A stretch of DNA of 27,012 nucleotides, taken from contig CAYYBZ010000002.1 of assembly GCA_964470285.1 (NCBI GenBank), positions 1 to 27,012 on the forward strand, written 5' to 3'. Every line of letters begins with the position of its first letter. Positions within the stretch are counted from its first letter, which is position 1. The notes beneath the pieces are model-generated. The model was not told where the DNA came from. It ran no database searches and worked only from the letters and a program-made list of their open reading frames with translations. The stretch comes from an uncultured Oligoflexia bacterium (GTDB lineage: Bacteria; Bdellovibrionota_G; CAYYBZ01). The position numbers were made by a program, and so were the translations under genes. Of this stretch, positions 1 through 9,966 are shown piece by piece.

Positions 1-21
1 AACTCATAATCCTGTATTCCG

Positions 22-1374
22 TCAAAATCTTTGTTCATTGGAGCTACTTCTTATGTAACTGTCAGTGCCCTCAACATGGAAAGCATTTTCAAAAACCGTA
101 AAGTCGTCCCCCTGACCGTTGTATACGATATTATCTGTAAACTTCAAAGTTATACTTCCGCCGTAACGTGATGTACTTTGTGCGTCTTTCCTTGATAATG
201 CGTTTAGTGAAACAACTTCCATGGATCCCATCCATTCTCCGGCTCCTTTCGGCAGGCTTAAAACGGTATCGGCCAGCAGTTCCATTCCGTAAGCACCTGA
301 ACTGTCCAGCGGATCAAACGAAACTATTTCGTCCGGAAGAACATCAAAACTCCCGCTTAATGATACCCGATGAGGGGTTGCTAAGGCCTTTGAACCGTTT
401 TGAAGTACGGAATGATTACCCGAAGCATCAAATGAAAAAGCGGAAAAATAATAAGTAATTTCATTATCGAGTCTTGTTATTACAGCGTTATTACCCGCTC
501 CGGAGTATACTTCTATACCGTCTGAAGGTTCCGCAGGATAATCTACATCGCTTATAAAAATTTTCACTGAAGTGTTTTTGTCCCATACAAGACCTATTTT
601 TGAATCCGATGAAACTGCCCTTAGACCGGATACAGGATTTGTGCGGTTTTCGGTCTTCTTAAACCCCTGAGTATCCAAGTTATTATTCTGATTAAGTAAA
701 AGGTTATTGGTTCTAGTTTTAGGGAAATTAACGGCAACCCTATTATCGGAATTTTTATCAGACAGAGGTGAACCTTTAAGTTTACTATTTTTAGTTCTGT
801 TCGCATTATTTTGTTCTTTATCTGTTGTTTTATCCTTTATTTCCCCGCCCCCGACACGTTCTATCTGATTGCTCCTTGCGGCAGTTTCTTTTAGATTTTC
901 CTCATCTCCCTCAGCCGAATTCTTTTCCGGCTCGCCATTAAACTCCTGCACTTTATTGCTTTCCGTCAAATCATAGCTTCCCAAATTACCCAAAAAAGGC
1001 GAATAATCAGTTTCCTCTGACTGCTCACTTTCACTTTGAATTTGTTTGTTTGTTTCAGCTTCCTCTTCACCGGGCGATTCATCATGCGATGATTTTGAGG
1101 ATTTTAACGAGGGCGAAATTTTCCCCGGCGAAAACAAATCAAGGCTTTCCGTTCTTTCCGTCAAAGATTCTGCTTGACTAGCCTTTAAACGTATTTCTTG
1201 AGAATCGGGTCCGGCAATTTTTCTTTCCTGCTTCTGCTTGATTTTTAATTTTGAAGAATTCTTATCGGAGAAACCTAACAGGTCAGGATTTGAAAAAACG
1301 GTTAAATTTAAAAGGCCGACAAAACCGGCTATGCAGGCTAGAAGTATTAATATTTTCAGATATTTAATATTCAT
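22..1374 (-). CDS. Membrane-anchored/secreted surface protein: N-terminal hydrophobic anchor, low-complexity charged linker, FN3-like domain, C-terminal 'cell surface protein' domain (BtuH/LIC13355-like), possibly truncated
   Basis: 450-aa ORF with SD-like AGAGAGGG before the ATG. N-terminus ILILLACIAGFVGLLNL is hydrophobic. FN3-like segment PVSGLRAVSSDSKIGLVWD...LDNEITYYFSAFSFDASGNHS. Motif VVSL...GGSITLKFTDNIVYNGQGDDFTVFENAF. Lies directly downstream of a cobalamin riboswitch. Confidence 0.75.
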   Translation of the reverse strand: MNIKYLKILILLACIAGFVGLLNLTVFSNPDLLGFSDKNSSKLKIKQKQERKIAGPDSQEIRLKASQAESLTERTESLDLFSPGKISPSLKSSKSSHDESPGEEEAETNKQIQSESEQSEETDYSPFLGNLGSYDLTESNKVQEFNGEPEKNSAEGDEENLKETAARSNQIERVGGGEIKDKTTDKEQNNANRTKNSKLKGSPLSDKNSDNRVAVNFPKTRTNNLLLNQNNNLDTQGFKKTENRTNPVSGLRAVSSDSKIGLVWDKNTSVKIFISDVDYPAEPSDGIEVYSGAGNNAVITRLDNEITYYFSAFSFDASGNHSVLQNGSKALATPHRVSLSGSFDVLPDEIVSFDPLDSSGAYGMELLADTVLSLPKGAGEWMGSMEVVSLNALSRKDAQSTSRYGGSITLKFTDNIVYNGQGDDFTVFENAFHVEGTDSYIRSSSNEQRF

Positions 1375-1420
1375 CCACCCTCTCTTTACCTCGAAGAGTT
1401 TTACCCAGTGGTTGTTACTT

Positions 1421-1578
1421 GCAAGGCAGGTTTCCTGGCTTACGGCTTTGCCCCTTTAAGTCCTTCCCGGCTTTAAAAACCAGTGGATATGCTTTAAAGA
1501 GGATATCCGGTTACAGTGGCGGGACCGCACGGGATTTTCACCCGATTCCCTTTTAACTCATTAAAGAGCACCTTAAAA
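1421..1578 (-). promoter_or_regulatory. Cobalamin (AdoCbl) riboswitch
   Basis: The minus strand reads AGGTGC...TAAAAGGGAATCGGGTGAAAATCCCGTGCGGTCCCGCCACTGTAACC...CCACTGG...GGGAAGG...AAGCCAGGAAACCTGCC. These are the hallmark cobalamin riboswitch elements, including the B12 box at 1440-1425. A CTCTT/AAGAG hairpin (1398-1382) overlaps the downstream SD region. Confidence 0.95.
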
Positions 1579-1651
1579 GCCGTGCATAGCATTATTTAAA
1601 GACAAGAATTTGTCAAGTACAATAATTGGAAAGCCGCTCCGGCAATTATAA

Positions 1652-1879
1652 TTATCTGATCTTGCTTTTTCCGCCGGTAAAAAGTTTAACAGTTCCCCCT
1701 AATAGCCTCGTAAAAAGCCTGTATAAACCCCATACAATCATCATGCTTATCAGAAATATTATTAGTCCCAATATAATTTTCCCTATGAATATCCCTGCAT
1801 CCGACAAAGTCCATTTTTCCGGATGCTTAGTAAAAAAATCAAGAATTGTTTTCGTAATCTCTTTCATTGCTTCATTCAT
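1652..1879 (-). CDS. Small membrane protein, hypothetical
   Basis: GGAAGG SD 7 nt before the ATG at 1879. One long hydrophobic segment (IFIGKIILGLIIFLISMMIVWGLY). It explains the spurious N-terminal extension of the 1626 ORF on the opposite strand. Confidence 0.6.
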   Translation of the reverse strand: MNEAMKEITKTILDFFTKHPEKWTLSDAGIFIGKIILGLIIFLISMMIVWGLYRLFTRLLGGTVKLFTGGKSKIR

Positions 1880-1970
1880 AAACAACCTTCCGTCCCCGGA
1901 ATTGTTACACTACGACAGACTTAAGACTTTTGGAACGAAAACAATATATGATTATGCTATAGTTGAAAGC

Positions 1971-2690
1971 ATGCTTAATTATTATACGTTTGAATCCATG
2001 CAGTCGCTTTGGAACTTTTTATGCAGAAGATTTCACGAAATTTCGCTTGAATCCATCGCCGCAAGAGGTTTTTTTTCTCTGGCTTTCCCATGCGATAATA
2101 TCCCAAAGGGCCTGTATGAAGAGCTTTCCAAAAAAAAGGAATTCCAGTGGAACAAAACCCGTTTGTTCCAGGTCGATGAAAACTTTGTTAAAAAATCACA
2201 TCCCGACAACAACTTCTCATCTATAAAGAAAAATCTTATTGATCATGTAAGCATACGTCCCAGAAACACCTTTCCCATAGATGTAAGATCGGCATCCCCT
2301 GCTGATTCTGCAATAAAATACTCTGCTTCGATTTTAGAATCTTTTGATCTCAAGGAGGGAAATTTCCCGGATATCGATCTGATCTTCCTTGGTTTAGGTT
2401 CAGACGGCCGTATAGCTTCTATTCTCCCGGGATCAGAGACAGTTGAAGAGAGAAAAAAAATTGCCGTGCCCGTACATAACGAGGATGGAAAACCCGACAG
2501 AATTACGCTTACACTTCCGGTACTCAACAACGCAAAGAATATAATTTTTATTATATTAGGCAAAGAGAAGGCTAAAGCAGTATCAAAACTGATAAAAGAC
2601 AGGAATTTATCTCTGCCTGCATCCCTGGTTAACCCTTCAAATAAGCCTCCCGAGATTCTTCTTGATGAAGGTGCTTCTTCTCTGCTTTAG
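1971..2690 (+). CDS. pgl: 6-phosphogluconolactonase-like protein with degenerate active-site motifs
   Basis: DLIFLGLGSDG.IAS.LPG, RITLTLPVLNNAKNIIFIILGKEKAKAV and LPASLV match the Pgl/NagB fold. Start moved from 1626 to the ATG at 1971 (in frame; extended -10 TGcTATAGT at 1955-1963). Confidence 0.8.
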   Translation: MLNYYTFESMQSLWNFLCRRFHEISLESIAARGFFSLAFPCDNIPKGLYEELSKKKEFQWNKTRLFQVDENFVKKSHPDNNFSSIKKNLIDHVSIRPRNTFPIDVRSASPADSAIKYSASILESFDLKEGNFPDIDLIFLGLGSDGRIASILPGSETVEERKKIAVPVHNEDGKPDRITLTLPVLNNAKNIIFIILGKEKAKAVSKLIKDRNLSLPASLVNPSNKPPEILLDEGASSLL

Positions 2691-3172
2691 GGTGTGGATC
2701 TTCTAAAGCCTATCCTGTGAAAAGGATTAACAACCGCAGTTGCTACGTTTTTTAAATGTGCATTTACTCTCTTGATATATCTAACTATTAAAGTATAGGC
2801 AATTATTCGCTTATCAACCATTTCCTTGCCGCTTAACCCATCACTCTTAAAAACTTCGCTTATCTCAGAGTCACATTTTTTACCGATTCCCGCATATTGA
2901 GTTTCAAGATTACTTCGGCTGATTCCCTTCTCGGTTTGTATGTATGAAAAACCGTGATAAATCATTTCAAAAATGACCTCCTTGCTATTTTCGTCTTCAT
3001 TTTCCAGGATTATGTTGTCTTTAAGTTTATATGTTCGATGTTCGTATATCTGAACAACGGGATAGGATTTGAATTTTCCCGGAATCTTTTTTTTCATCAA
3101 AGTAATGGCAAAAGCATCGTCAGAATTACTTTTGTTTAACCTGCCTGCTTTAGTTTTTTCAGGCAGAATCAT
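2687..3172 (-). CDS. Hypothetical protein
   Basis: 161-aa ORF filling the gap between pgl and the tRNA-Leu promoter, with a 4-nt convergent overlap with pgl. No motif recognised; start uncertain. Confidence 0.6.
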   Translation of the reverse strand: MILPEKTKAGRLNKSNSDDAFAITLMKKKIPGKFKSYPVVQIYEHRTYKLKDNIILENEDENSKEVIFEMIYHGFSYIQTEKGISRSNLETQYAGIGKKCDSEISEVFKSDGLSGKEMVDKRIIAYTLIVRYIKRVNAHLKNVATAVVNPFHRIGFRRSTP

Positions 3173-3299
3173 TCTTTTTATAAACCATCCCTCCTTAAAT
3201 CAACTTGTTGTTTTTACAGTTCTTTTCAATCATTTACAATGTATTTTTTACAGGGGTTCTTAGTACAAAACTATGCAAACCCGGAGAATAGTCAAAGGC

Positions 3300-3328
3300 T
3301 TGCAAATATTGAATAATTTGAATAAAAT
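3300..3328 (+). promoter_or_regulatory. Sigma70-type promoter for tRNA-Leu/tig
   Basis: TTGCAA-N17-TAAAAT followed by a GC-rich discriminator GCGCGG, as is typical of stable-RNA promoters. Confidence 0.65.
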
Positions 3329-3375
3329 GCGCGGACTTAAAACTCCTGTTGACTATTGGCTTAATTGCTTTATAA

Positions 3376-3457
3376 GCGAGGGTGGCGGAACTGGCAGACG
3401 CGCTGGACTTAGGATCCAGTGGGTAAAACCGTAGGGGTTCAAATCCCCTCCCTCGCA
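3376..3457 (+). tRNA. tRNA-Leu(TAG)
   Basis: GCGAGGG/CCCTCGC acceptor stem, anticodon arm CTGGA-CTTAGGA-TCCAG, long variable arm, GGTTCAAATCC T-arm. CCA is not encoded. Confidence 0.97.
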
Positions 3458-3499
3458 TTATATTTTTTTTAAAGCACTTTAAACAAAGGATTTTTTACA

Positions 3500-4840
3500 A
3501 TGAAACACAGTATTGAAAACAAATCGGATGTTGAAAAGGTAATAAACGTCGAGATTCCAAAAGAAAAAATAAATAAAGAGATTGAAAGCACCTTTGAAAC
3601 CCTTAAGAAAAACGCACAGATAAAGGGCTTCAGAAAGGGAAAGGTTCCCAGAAATGTCCTGGAGATGCATTACAAAGAGCAGGTTCATTCAGACGTAATG
3701 AGTAAATTAATTAATGACAGCTACTCGAAAGCGCTGGATGATGAAAAACTTGAACCTGTCTCCTACCCTCAATTCGACGCAGACAAGTTTGAGCCTGACA
3801 AGGACTACACCTATAAGGCAACCGTACAGGTTAAACCTGGAATTAATCCCGAAAATTACGAGGGGCTGGAGCTTACCCGGGAAAAGGTTGAAATTACGGA
3901 AAAGGACGTTGAAAACGTAATAAATCATTTAAGAGATTCACATGCCGTTTTAAAAATCAAGGACATAGAAACACCCGGCGAGGGAGATTTCGCAGTCACA
4001 GAAGTAGAAGCCTACGTTGACGGCAAACTTTTAACCCCTGAAAACCAGAAAACACAAAATATGCATATAGGAAGCGGGCTTGTTAATCCTGACATCGAGA
4101 AGGCACTTAAGGAAATGAAAAAGGGGGATCAAAGAACCGTAAAGTCAAAGATTGACAAAGACTTTGAGGATAAAAAGTATGCAGGTAAAGATACCGAATT
4201 TAAAATTAAACTTAAGGAAATAAGAGAGCGCGTACTGCCTGATATCGACGACAACTTTGCAAGAAGCATGGGCCCGTATAAGGACTTAAAGGACTTAAAA
4301 GATCAGGCTAAAGAGCAGATAAAAACACAGAGGGAAAACACATCTAGGGTAAAGCTTCAAAACCAGGCATTTAAAAAACTCATTGAGATAAATACTTTCG
4401 AAGTGCCTTCGGTTATGGTTGAAAACGAGAAGAATTACATGATCAATGAGTTCAAGGCCCGCATGTCCAGAAGAAGAATGCCCGAAGAGGAACAGAAAAA
4501 ACAGATTGAAAAATCCGGCAAGGAATTTGACGAGGAAGCCCTAGACAGGGTTAAGAAATACTTACTTTTAGAGGCGATTGCAAAAAAGGAAAAGATAAGA
4601 GCTGACTCCCAGGAAATAGAAAGTAAAATGCAGTCAACGGCAAAGGGATTAAACGTTCCCATCAATCAGATCAAGGAGTATTACAGCAAGGGAAACGCCC
4701 TTGCTGAGCTTAAGGGTCAGATTGTTTCCGAAAAAACGCTTGATTTTGTCATCAGGAACGCTAACATTAAACTGGAACCTGCTAAAACCCACAAAGAAAG
4801 CGGAGATAAAAAAGATGGCGCTGATTCCAATAGTGGTTGA
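3500..4840 (+). CDS. tig: Trigger factor
   Basis: Signature GFRKGKVP, central FKBP-like domain, 446 aa, upstream of clpP-clpX. Confidence 0.97.
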   Translation: MKHSIENKSDVEKVINVEIPKEKINKEIESTFETLKKNAQIKGFRKGKVPRNVLEMHYKEQVHSDVMSKLINDSYSKALDDEKLEPVSYPQFDADKFEPDKDYTYKATVQVKPGINPENYEGLELTREKVEITEKDVENVINHLRDSHAVLKIKDIETPGEGDFAVTEVEAYVDGKLLTPENQKTQNMHIGSGLVNPDIEKALKEMKKGDQRTVKSKIDKDFEDKKYAGKDTEFKIKLKEIRERVLPDIDDNFARSMGPYKDLKDLKDQAKEQIKTQRENTSRVKLQNQAFKKLIEINTFEVPSVMVENEKNYMINEFKARMSRRRMPEEEQKKQIEKSGKEFDEEALDRVKKYLLLEAIAKKEKIRADSQEIESKMQSTAKGLNVPINQIKEYYSKGNALAELKGQIVSEKTLDFVIRNANIKLEPAKTHKESGDKKDGADSNSG

Positions 4841-5414
4841 ACAAACCCATAGAGGTGAGAGGTCGTATGACATTTATTCAAGGCTTCTAAAAGACAGAAT
4901 TATATTCTTAGCCTCTGAAATTAATGACGACATAGCAAATCTAATAATCGCCCAGCTACTATTCCTTGAATCAGACGATCCGGATAAAGATATAAACTTC
5001 TATATAAATTCACCGGGCGGATCCGTTTATGCAGGATTAGCCATTTATGATACCATGCAACATATCAAACCCGAGATTTCAACTTTCTGCGTAGGAATGG
5101 CCGCAAGCATGTCGGCCCTTTTACTGGCTGCCGGGGAAAAAGGGAAACGCTTTGCCCTTCCCCATTCAAAAATCCTTATACATCAGCCGATGGGAGGTTT
5201 TAAGGGACAGGCATCGGATATTGATATTCAGGCTCGTGAAATCTTGAGCCTAAAGGAAGAATTGAGTAAAATTCTGGTTAAGCATACAAGACAGCCAATG
5301 GATAAAATAATTAAGGATTCCGACCGTGATTTTTACATGACAGCACAGGATGCAAAGGAATATGGTATAATCGACAGCGTTGTAATTAAGAAAAAGGCCA
5401 TAATCAAAAAATGA
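4815..5414 (+). CDS. clpP: ATP-dependent Clp protease proteolytic subunit
   Basis: Start corrected to [11 protein letters not shown] at 4815. Motifs [28 protein letters not shown] and HQP. Confidence 0.98.
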   Translation: MALIPIVVEQTHRGERSYDIYSRLLKDRIIFLASEINDDIANLIIAQLLFLESDDPDKDINFYINSPGGSVYAGLAIYDTMQHIKPEISTFCVGMAASMSALLLAAGEKGKRFALPHSKILIHQPMGGFKGQASDIDIQAREILSLKEELSKILVKHTRQPMDKIIKDSDRDFYMTAQDAKEYGIIDSVVIKKKAIIKK

Positions 5415-6667
5415 AAAAAAGAGAAGATACAAATAGTACGATGAGCTGTTCCTTTTGCGGTAAGAGCAATAAGGAAGTTAAAAAACTCATTGCCGGCCCG
5501 ACGGTTTACATTTGTGACGAATGCATTGAGCTTTGTAACGACATTATAGCTGAAGAAGTAGAGAGAGAAGAATCACGCCAGGTTAAAACACAAATTCCCA
5601 AACCGTATGAAATAAAAGCTTTTCTTGATGATTATGTAGTAGGTCAGGACAGAGCCAAAAGAATTCTGTCCGTTGCGGTTTACAATCATTATAAACGGAT
5701 AGACCATAAAGCAACCGATGTTGAACTTCAAAAGAGCAATATACTGCTACTAGGGCCGACCGGAACAGGTAAAACATTGCTGGCACAAACCCTGGCCAAA
5801 TTCCTAAACGTTCCTTTTGCAATGGTGGATGCAACCACGCTTACCGAAGCCGGATATGTCGGAGAAGACGTTGAAAATATTATCTTAAATCTTTTACAAA
5901 ACGCCGAATTCGATATTGAAAGGGCCCAGAAAGGCATAGTTTACATTGATGAAGTCGATAAAATCTCAAGAAAATCAGACAGCCCCTCTATCACAAGAGA
6001 CGTATCCGGAGAAGGTGTTCAGCAGGCGCTTTTAAAAATACTTGAGGGAACCGTTTCGCATGTGCCTCCAAAAGGCGGCAGAAAGCACCCTCAACAGGAA
6101 TATATCCCCGTTGACACTACAAATGTTCTTTTTATTGTCGGAGGTGCATTTGTCGGGCTAGACAGCATAATTGAAAAGAGAGTTTCGCACACAAAAATGG
6201 GATTTACCGCAAATATAGAAAGCAAAAAAGACAGAAAAATCGGGGAGATACTCAAAAACACGCAACCCGATGACCTTTTAACTTACGGACTGATACCTGA
6301 GTTCGTCGGAAGACTGCCCGTAATAGCAACTTGCCACGAGCTTGACAAAGATGCCCTTATTCAGATATTAACCAAACCGAAAAACGCTCTTATAAAACAG
6401 TACAAAAAGCTCTTTGAGCTCGAAAAGGTTGAGCTCAAATTTGCTCAAGGGGCAATCGAAGCCGTTGCAAAAACAGCGATAGAAAAAAGCTCGGGCGCAA
6501 GGGGACTTAGAAGCATTCTTGAAAACGCACTATTGGAGATAATGTATGAGATCCCCTCACTTAGTGATGTTTCAGAGGTTGTAGTCAATCAGGAAGTCAT
6601 CACCAAGGGAGAAAAGCCGCTTTTAGTTTACCAAAAGGAAAAGCGCAAAGAAGCCGAGTCCGCCTGA
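5411..6667 (+). CDS. clpX: ATP-dependent Clp protease ATP-binding subunit ClpX
   Basis: C4 zinc finger CSFC...CDEC, Walker [32 protein letters not shown] overlap with clpP. Confidence 0.98.
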   Translation: MKKREDTNSTMSCSFCGKSNKEVKKLIAGPTVYICDECIELCNDIIAEEVEREESRQVKTQIPKPYEIKAFLDDYVVGQDRAKRILSVAVYNHYKRIDHKATDVELQKSNILLLGPTGTGKTLLAQTLAKFLNVPFAMVDATTLTEAGYVGEDVENIILNLLQNAEFDIERAQKGIVYIDEVDKISRKSDSPSITRDVSGEGVQQALLKILEGTVSHVPPKGGRKHPQQEYIPVDTTNVLFIVGGAFVGLDSIIEKRVSHTKMGFTANIESKKDRKIGEILKNTQPDDLLTYGLIPEFVGRLPVIATCHELDKDALIQILTKPKNALIKQYKKLFELEKVELKFAQGAIEAVAKTAIEKSSGARGLRSILENALLEIMYEIPSLSDVSEVVVNQEVITKGEKPLLVYQKEKRKEAESA

Positions 6668-6710
6668 TTAAATAACTCGATCACCCCTTTAACCTACGAG
6701 GATGCATTAG

Positions 6711-9164
6711 ATGCAAAAGTCTGTAAACAATCTTTCGCGTGAAAAACCCCTACTTCCGCTAAGAGACGTCGTTATCTTTCCGTATATGGTAATGCCTCTT
6801 TTTGTCGGCAGGGAAAAATCCATAAATGCCCTTGAAACTGCCATGCAGGGCGACACTGAAATTATACTTGCGTCTCAAAAAAAGGCCAAAACGAATGACC
6901 CCAAAGAAAGTGATATTTATCCTGTCGGTACGTTAAGTTCCATAATCCAGTTATTAAGGTTACCGGACGGCACGGTAAAAGTTCTTGTGGAGGGAAAAAA
7001 AAGGGTTTCCGTTTCAAAATTCATCATCGACGATAAGCATTTCCTTGCCGATTATGAAGAAATCGAAAACGAAACCGATCAAACTGTTGAAAGCGAGGCG
7101 TTGATCAGATCGGTACATTCGACCTTTGAAACATATGTAAAACTGAACAAAAAAATGCCGCCTGAAATGCTTTTAGCTGTTGCAAATATCGAAGAAGCCG
7201 GAAGACTTTCAGATACCGTAGCATCACACATTAATCTTAAGCTTGAACAAAAACAGGATATTTTAGAAACATTTAACGGTACTCAAAGGCTTAAAAAGCT
7301 TTTGGAACTGATGCAGTCGGAGATTGAGATACTTCAGGTGGAAAAGAAAATACAAAACCGAGTTAAAAGGCAGATGGAAAAAGCTCAAAAGGAATATTAC
7401 TTAAACGAGCAGATGCAGGCCATTCAGAAAGAGCTCGGTGGAAAAGATTCCGTACTTTCGGAACTTATAGAACTTGAAGAAAAAATTGCAAACAAGGGAA
7501 TGTCAAAAGAAGCCGAGGAAAAGGCTCAAAAAGAGCTGCAAAGACTAAAGGCCATGCCCCCCATGTCCGCTGAATCTACCGTATCGAGAAATTACATAGA
7601 CTGGCTGATTTCTATCCCGTGGAAGGAATCTACAGAAGACAAACTTGACATTGATAAGGCCGAAAAGATTTTGAATCGAGATCATTACGGCTTAAAGAAA
7701 GTAAAAGAAAGAATTCTTGAATACCTTGCTGTTCAATCTCTTGTTGAAAAGGTTAAAGGTCCTATTTTATGTTTCGTGGGTCCGCCCGGTACCGGGAAAA
7801 CATCCCTGGCAAATTCCATAGCAACCGCTCTGGGTAGAAAATTCGTCCGAATGTCCCTTGGAGGAGTTAGGGACGAAGCGGAAATAAGAGGACACAGAAG
7901 AACCTATATAGGTGCGCTTCCCGGTAAAATTATTCAGTCAATGAAAAAAGCAGAAACCGTTAATCCGGTTATACTTCTCGATGAAGTCGATAAGATGAGC
8001 ATGGACTTCAGAGGAGATCCCTCAAGCGCGCTTTTGGAAGTGTTAGATCCCGAGCAAAATCATACATTCAATGATCATTTTCTGGATACCGATTATGACC
8101 TTTCAAAAGTAATGTTTATCACAACGGCAAATTCGCTGCATAACTTACCGAGAGCATTGGAAGACAGGATGGAGGTTTTAAGACTTCCCGGATATACCGA
8201 GCTTGAAAAACTGCAAATCGCATCAAAACATCTTGTACCCAAACAGGTTAAATCTCACGGTTTAAAGGAATTAAATGTCAAATTTAATGAAAAAAGCATT
8301 AAAAGAATTATCAGGCTTTATACAAAGGAAGCCGGTGTAAGAAATCTTGAAAGGGAAATAGCCGCTGTTTGCAGAAAGGTTGCAAAGGAAGTAATAAAAC
8401 ACGGTAAAAACTTCTCAATGAAAGTAAGCACACATACGATTACAAAATTCCTGGGCCCCTTGAGATTCAGATACGGCGTAGCTGAAGACAAAAATACTGT
8501 CGGGGTTGCTACCGGTCTGGCATGGACAGATGTCGGCGGAGAACTTTTAAGCACCGAAGTATCGATTATGCCCGGCAAGGGAAAACTAACCGTTACGGGA
8601 AAACTCGGTGAAGTTATGCGGGAATCATCTCAGGCAGCAATGAGTTATGCAAGATCAAGAGCGGGTTCACTGGGACTTAAAAAAGATTTTTATCAGAATA
8701 TAGACATACACATTCATATTCCCGAAGGGGCAATTCCCAAAGACGGCCCTTCAGCGGGAATTACAATGGCAACAGCCATAATAAGCGCTTTAACAAAAAT
8801 ATCGGTCAAAAGAGATATCGCAATGACAGGTGAAATAACGCTTCGCGGTAGAATTCTTCCCGTAGGCGGTTTAAAGGAAAAGATTCTGGCCGCCCACAGG
8901 GGAAGGATTAAAACGGTAATAATTCCCAAAGAAAATGAAAAGGACATAAGGGAAATCCCTTCAAAGATAAAATCCGAGGTAGAAATTCTTACGGCAGATC
9001 ATATGGATGACGTTCTTTCAAAAGCACTTGTACTTCCAAATCCTTCACTTTTTAAGGAAAAAATTCATACAATGGATTTGGATATTTATGATAGGCGTAC
9101 ATCCGGTACTCCCGGGAGAATAAGAAGAGACAAGGCTATAGACAACAGACCGTTTAACCATTAG
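6711..9164 (+). CDS. lon: Lon protease (endopeptidase La)
   Basis: N-terminal [31 protein letters not shown], catalytic PKDGPSAG and GGLKEK. Confidence 0.98.
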   Translation: MQKSVNNLSREKPLLPLRDVVIFPYMVMPLFVGREKSINALETAMQGDTEIILASQKKAKTNDPKESDIYPVGTLSSIIQLLRLPDGTVKVLVEGKKRVSVSKFIIDDKHFLADYEEIENETDQTVESEALIRSVHSTFETYVKLNKKMPPEMLLAVANIEEAGRLSDTVASHINLKLEQKQDILETFNGTQRLKKLLELMQSEIEILQVEKKIQNRVKRQMEKAQKEYYLNEQMQAIQKELGGKDSVLSELIELEEKIANKGMSKEAEEKAQKELQRLKAMPPMSAESTVSRNYIDWLISIPWKESTEDKLDIDKAEKILNRDHYGLKKVKERILEYLAVQSLVEKVKGPILCFVGPPGTGKTSLANSIATALGRKFVRMSLGGVRDEAEIRGHRRTYIGALPGKIIQSMKKAETVNPVILLDEVDKMSMDFRGDPSSALLEVLDPEQNHTFNDHFLDTDYDLSKVMFITTANSLHNLPRALEDRMEVLRLPGYTELEKLQIASKHLVPKQVKSHGLKELNVKFNEKSIKRIIRLYTKEAGVRNLEREIAAVCRKVAKEVIKHGKNFSMKVSTHTITKFLGPLRFRYGVAEDKNTVGVATGLAWTDVGGELLSTEVSIMPGKGKLTVTGKLGEVMRESSQAAMSYARSRAGSLGLKKDFYQNIDIHIHIPEGAIPKDGPSAGITMATAIISALTKISVKRDIAMTGEITLRGRILPVGGLKEKILAAHRGRIKTVIIPKENEKDIREIPSKIKSEVEILTADHMDDVLSKALVLPNPSLFKEKIHTMDLDIYDRRTSGTPGRIRRDKAIDNRPFNH

Positions 9165-9174
9165 TCACTGAAAT

Positions 9175-9735
9175 TTACTTAAAGTAAAAGCTGAATCCGA
9201 AGGGTACACCGTAAACATCAAGATCGAGATGGGAGAATATCACCTCATATTGGAAAGCAAACCCAAAAGCAACGTTTCTGGTTAGAAGTATATCGAGGCC
9301 CACTCCTACAAGAATATCAAAGTTAACCTGATTAACTTTAGTCCCGTCTCCTGCAAGTGTTTCGAGATTATAATTAAAGACATGAACCGAGGGGATGAAT
9401 TTAATGTATGGAACAAATCTTGATTTAAAGTTAAATATTCCCTTTAATCCAAGCCCCCATACGAAATCAGTAATTGAATCTTCGCCCAAGAAAGCTATGG
9501 TTGTACCCATTCTCGTAATAGGTGAAAGATAATCAAAAATCATATATTCGATTTCCGTTTCAATTGTAAAACTGGAAACGTCGTTAAAAAGACTGCCGGC
9601 AAGCCTTCCCTTTTGGAATGATCCCATTAAGCCAGCACGAAAATCCCCTTTTTCAACAAAAAGTTCACTTTCAGCATTGGCAATACTTAAAAAGGAAATA
9701 ATAAGGAATATAGAAATTACAGTAACTTTTTTCAT
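9175..9735 (-). CDS. Outer-membrane beta-barrel protein
   Basis: Signal peptide MKKVTVISIFLIISFLSIANA (start moved to 9735), alternating amphipathic strands, aromatic C-terminus GFSFYFK. Confidence 0.7.
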   Translation of the reverse strand: MKKVTVISIFLIISFLSIANAESELFVEKGDFRAGLMGSFQKGRLAGSLFNDVSSFTIETEIEYMIFDYLSPITRMGTTIAFLGEDSITDFVWGLGLKGIFNFKSRFVPYIKFIPSVHVFNYNLETLAGDGTKVNQVNFDILVGVGLDILLTRNVAFGFAFQYEVIFSHLDLDVYGVPFGFSFYFK

Positions 9736-9868
9736 AAAAACCTTAGGAACCCGTGATAATAGCCTTCTGAGTTTTATTTGCAACTACTTTAAGTTCTTGA
9801 CTATTTGCGGTAATTTGTATAGAAAGTCTTGTTTTTGTTATTGCTATGAATATTTGAAATGATTTTTT

Positions 9869-9966
9869 AGCTGGAAATTGCGGGCGCTTAGCTCAGCTGG
9901 GAGAGCATCACGTTTACACCGTGGAGGTCGCAGGTTCGAGCCCTGCAGCGCCCACAATTTCCAGCT
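9869..9966. repeat. 12-bp perfect inverted repeat enclosing tRNA-Val
   Basis: AGCTGGAAATTG (9869-9880) and CAATTTCCAGCT (9955-9966). Confidence 0.9.
9882..9954 (+). tRNA. tRNA-Val(TAC)
   Basis: GGGCGCT/AGCGCCC acceptor stem, anticodon arm TCACG-TTTACAC-CGTGG, GGTTCGAGCC T-arm. CCA is not encoded. Confidence 0.95.

Noticed and set aside
168-458. 96-aa plus-strand ORF and other short ORFs antisense to the 22..1374 gene
   Set aside because: Shadow ORFs opposite a well-supported CDS, with no motifs or SD.
1626-1970. 115-aa N-terminal extension of the Pgl-like ORF
   Set aside because: It overlaps a plausible minus-strand membrane protein gene with its own SD. Pgl similarity and promoter signals begin at 1971.
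3234-3458. 74-aa minus-strand ORF (MRGRGFEPLRFYPLDPKSSASASSAT...)
   Set aside because: This is the reverse complement of tRNA-Leu, a classic false ORF.
4701-4814. N-terminal extension of ClpP
   Set aside because: It lies inside tig; the conserved ClpP start is MALIP at 4815.
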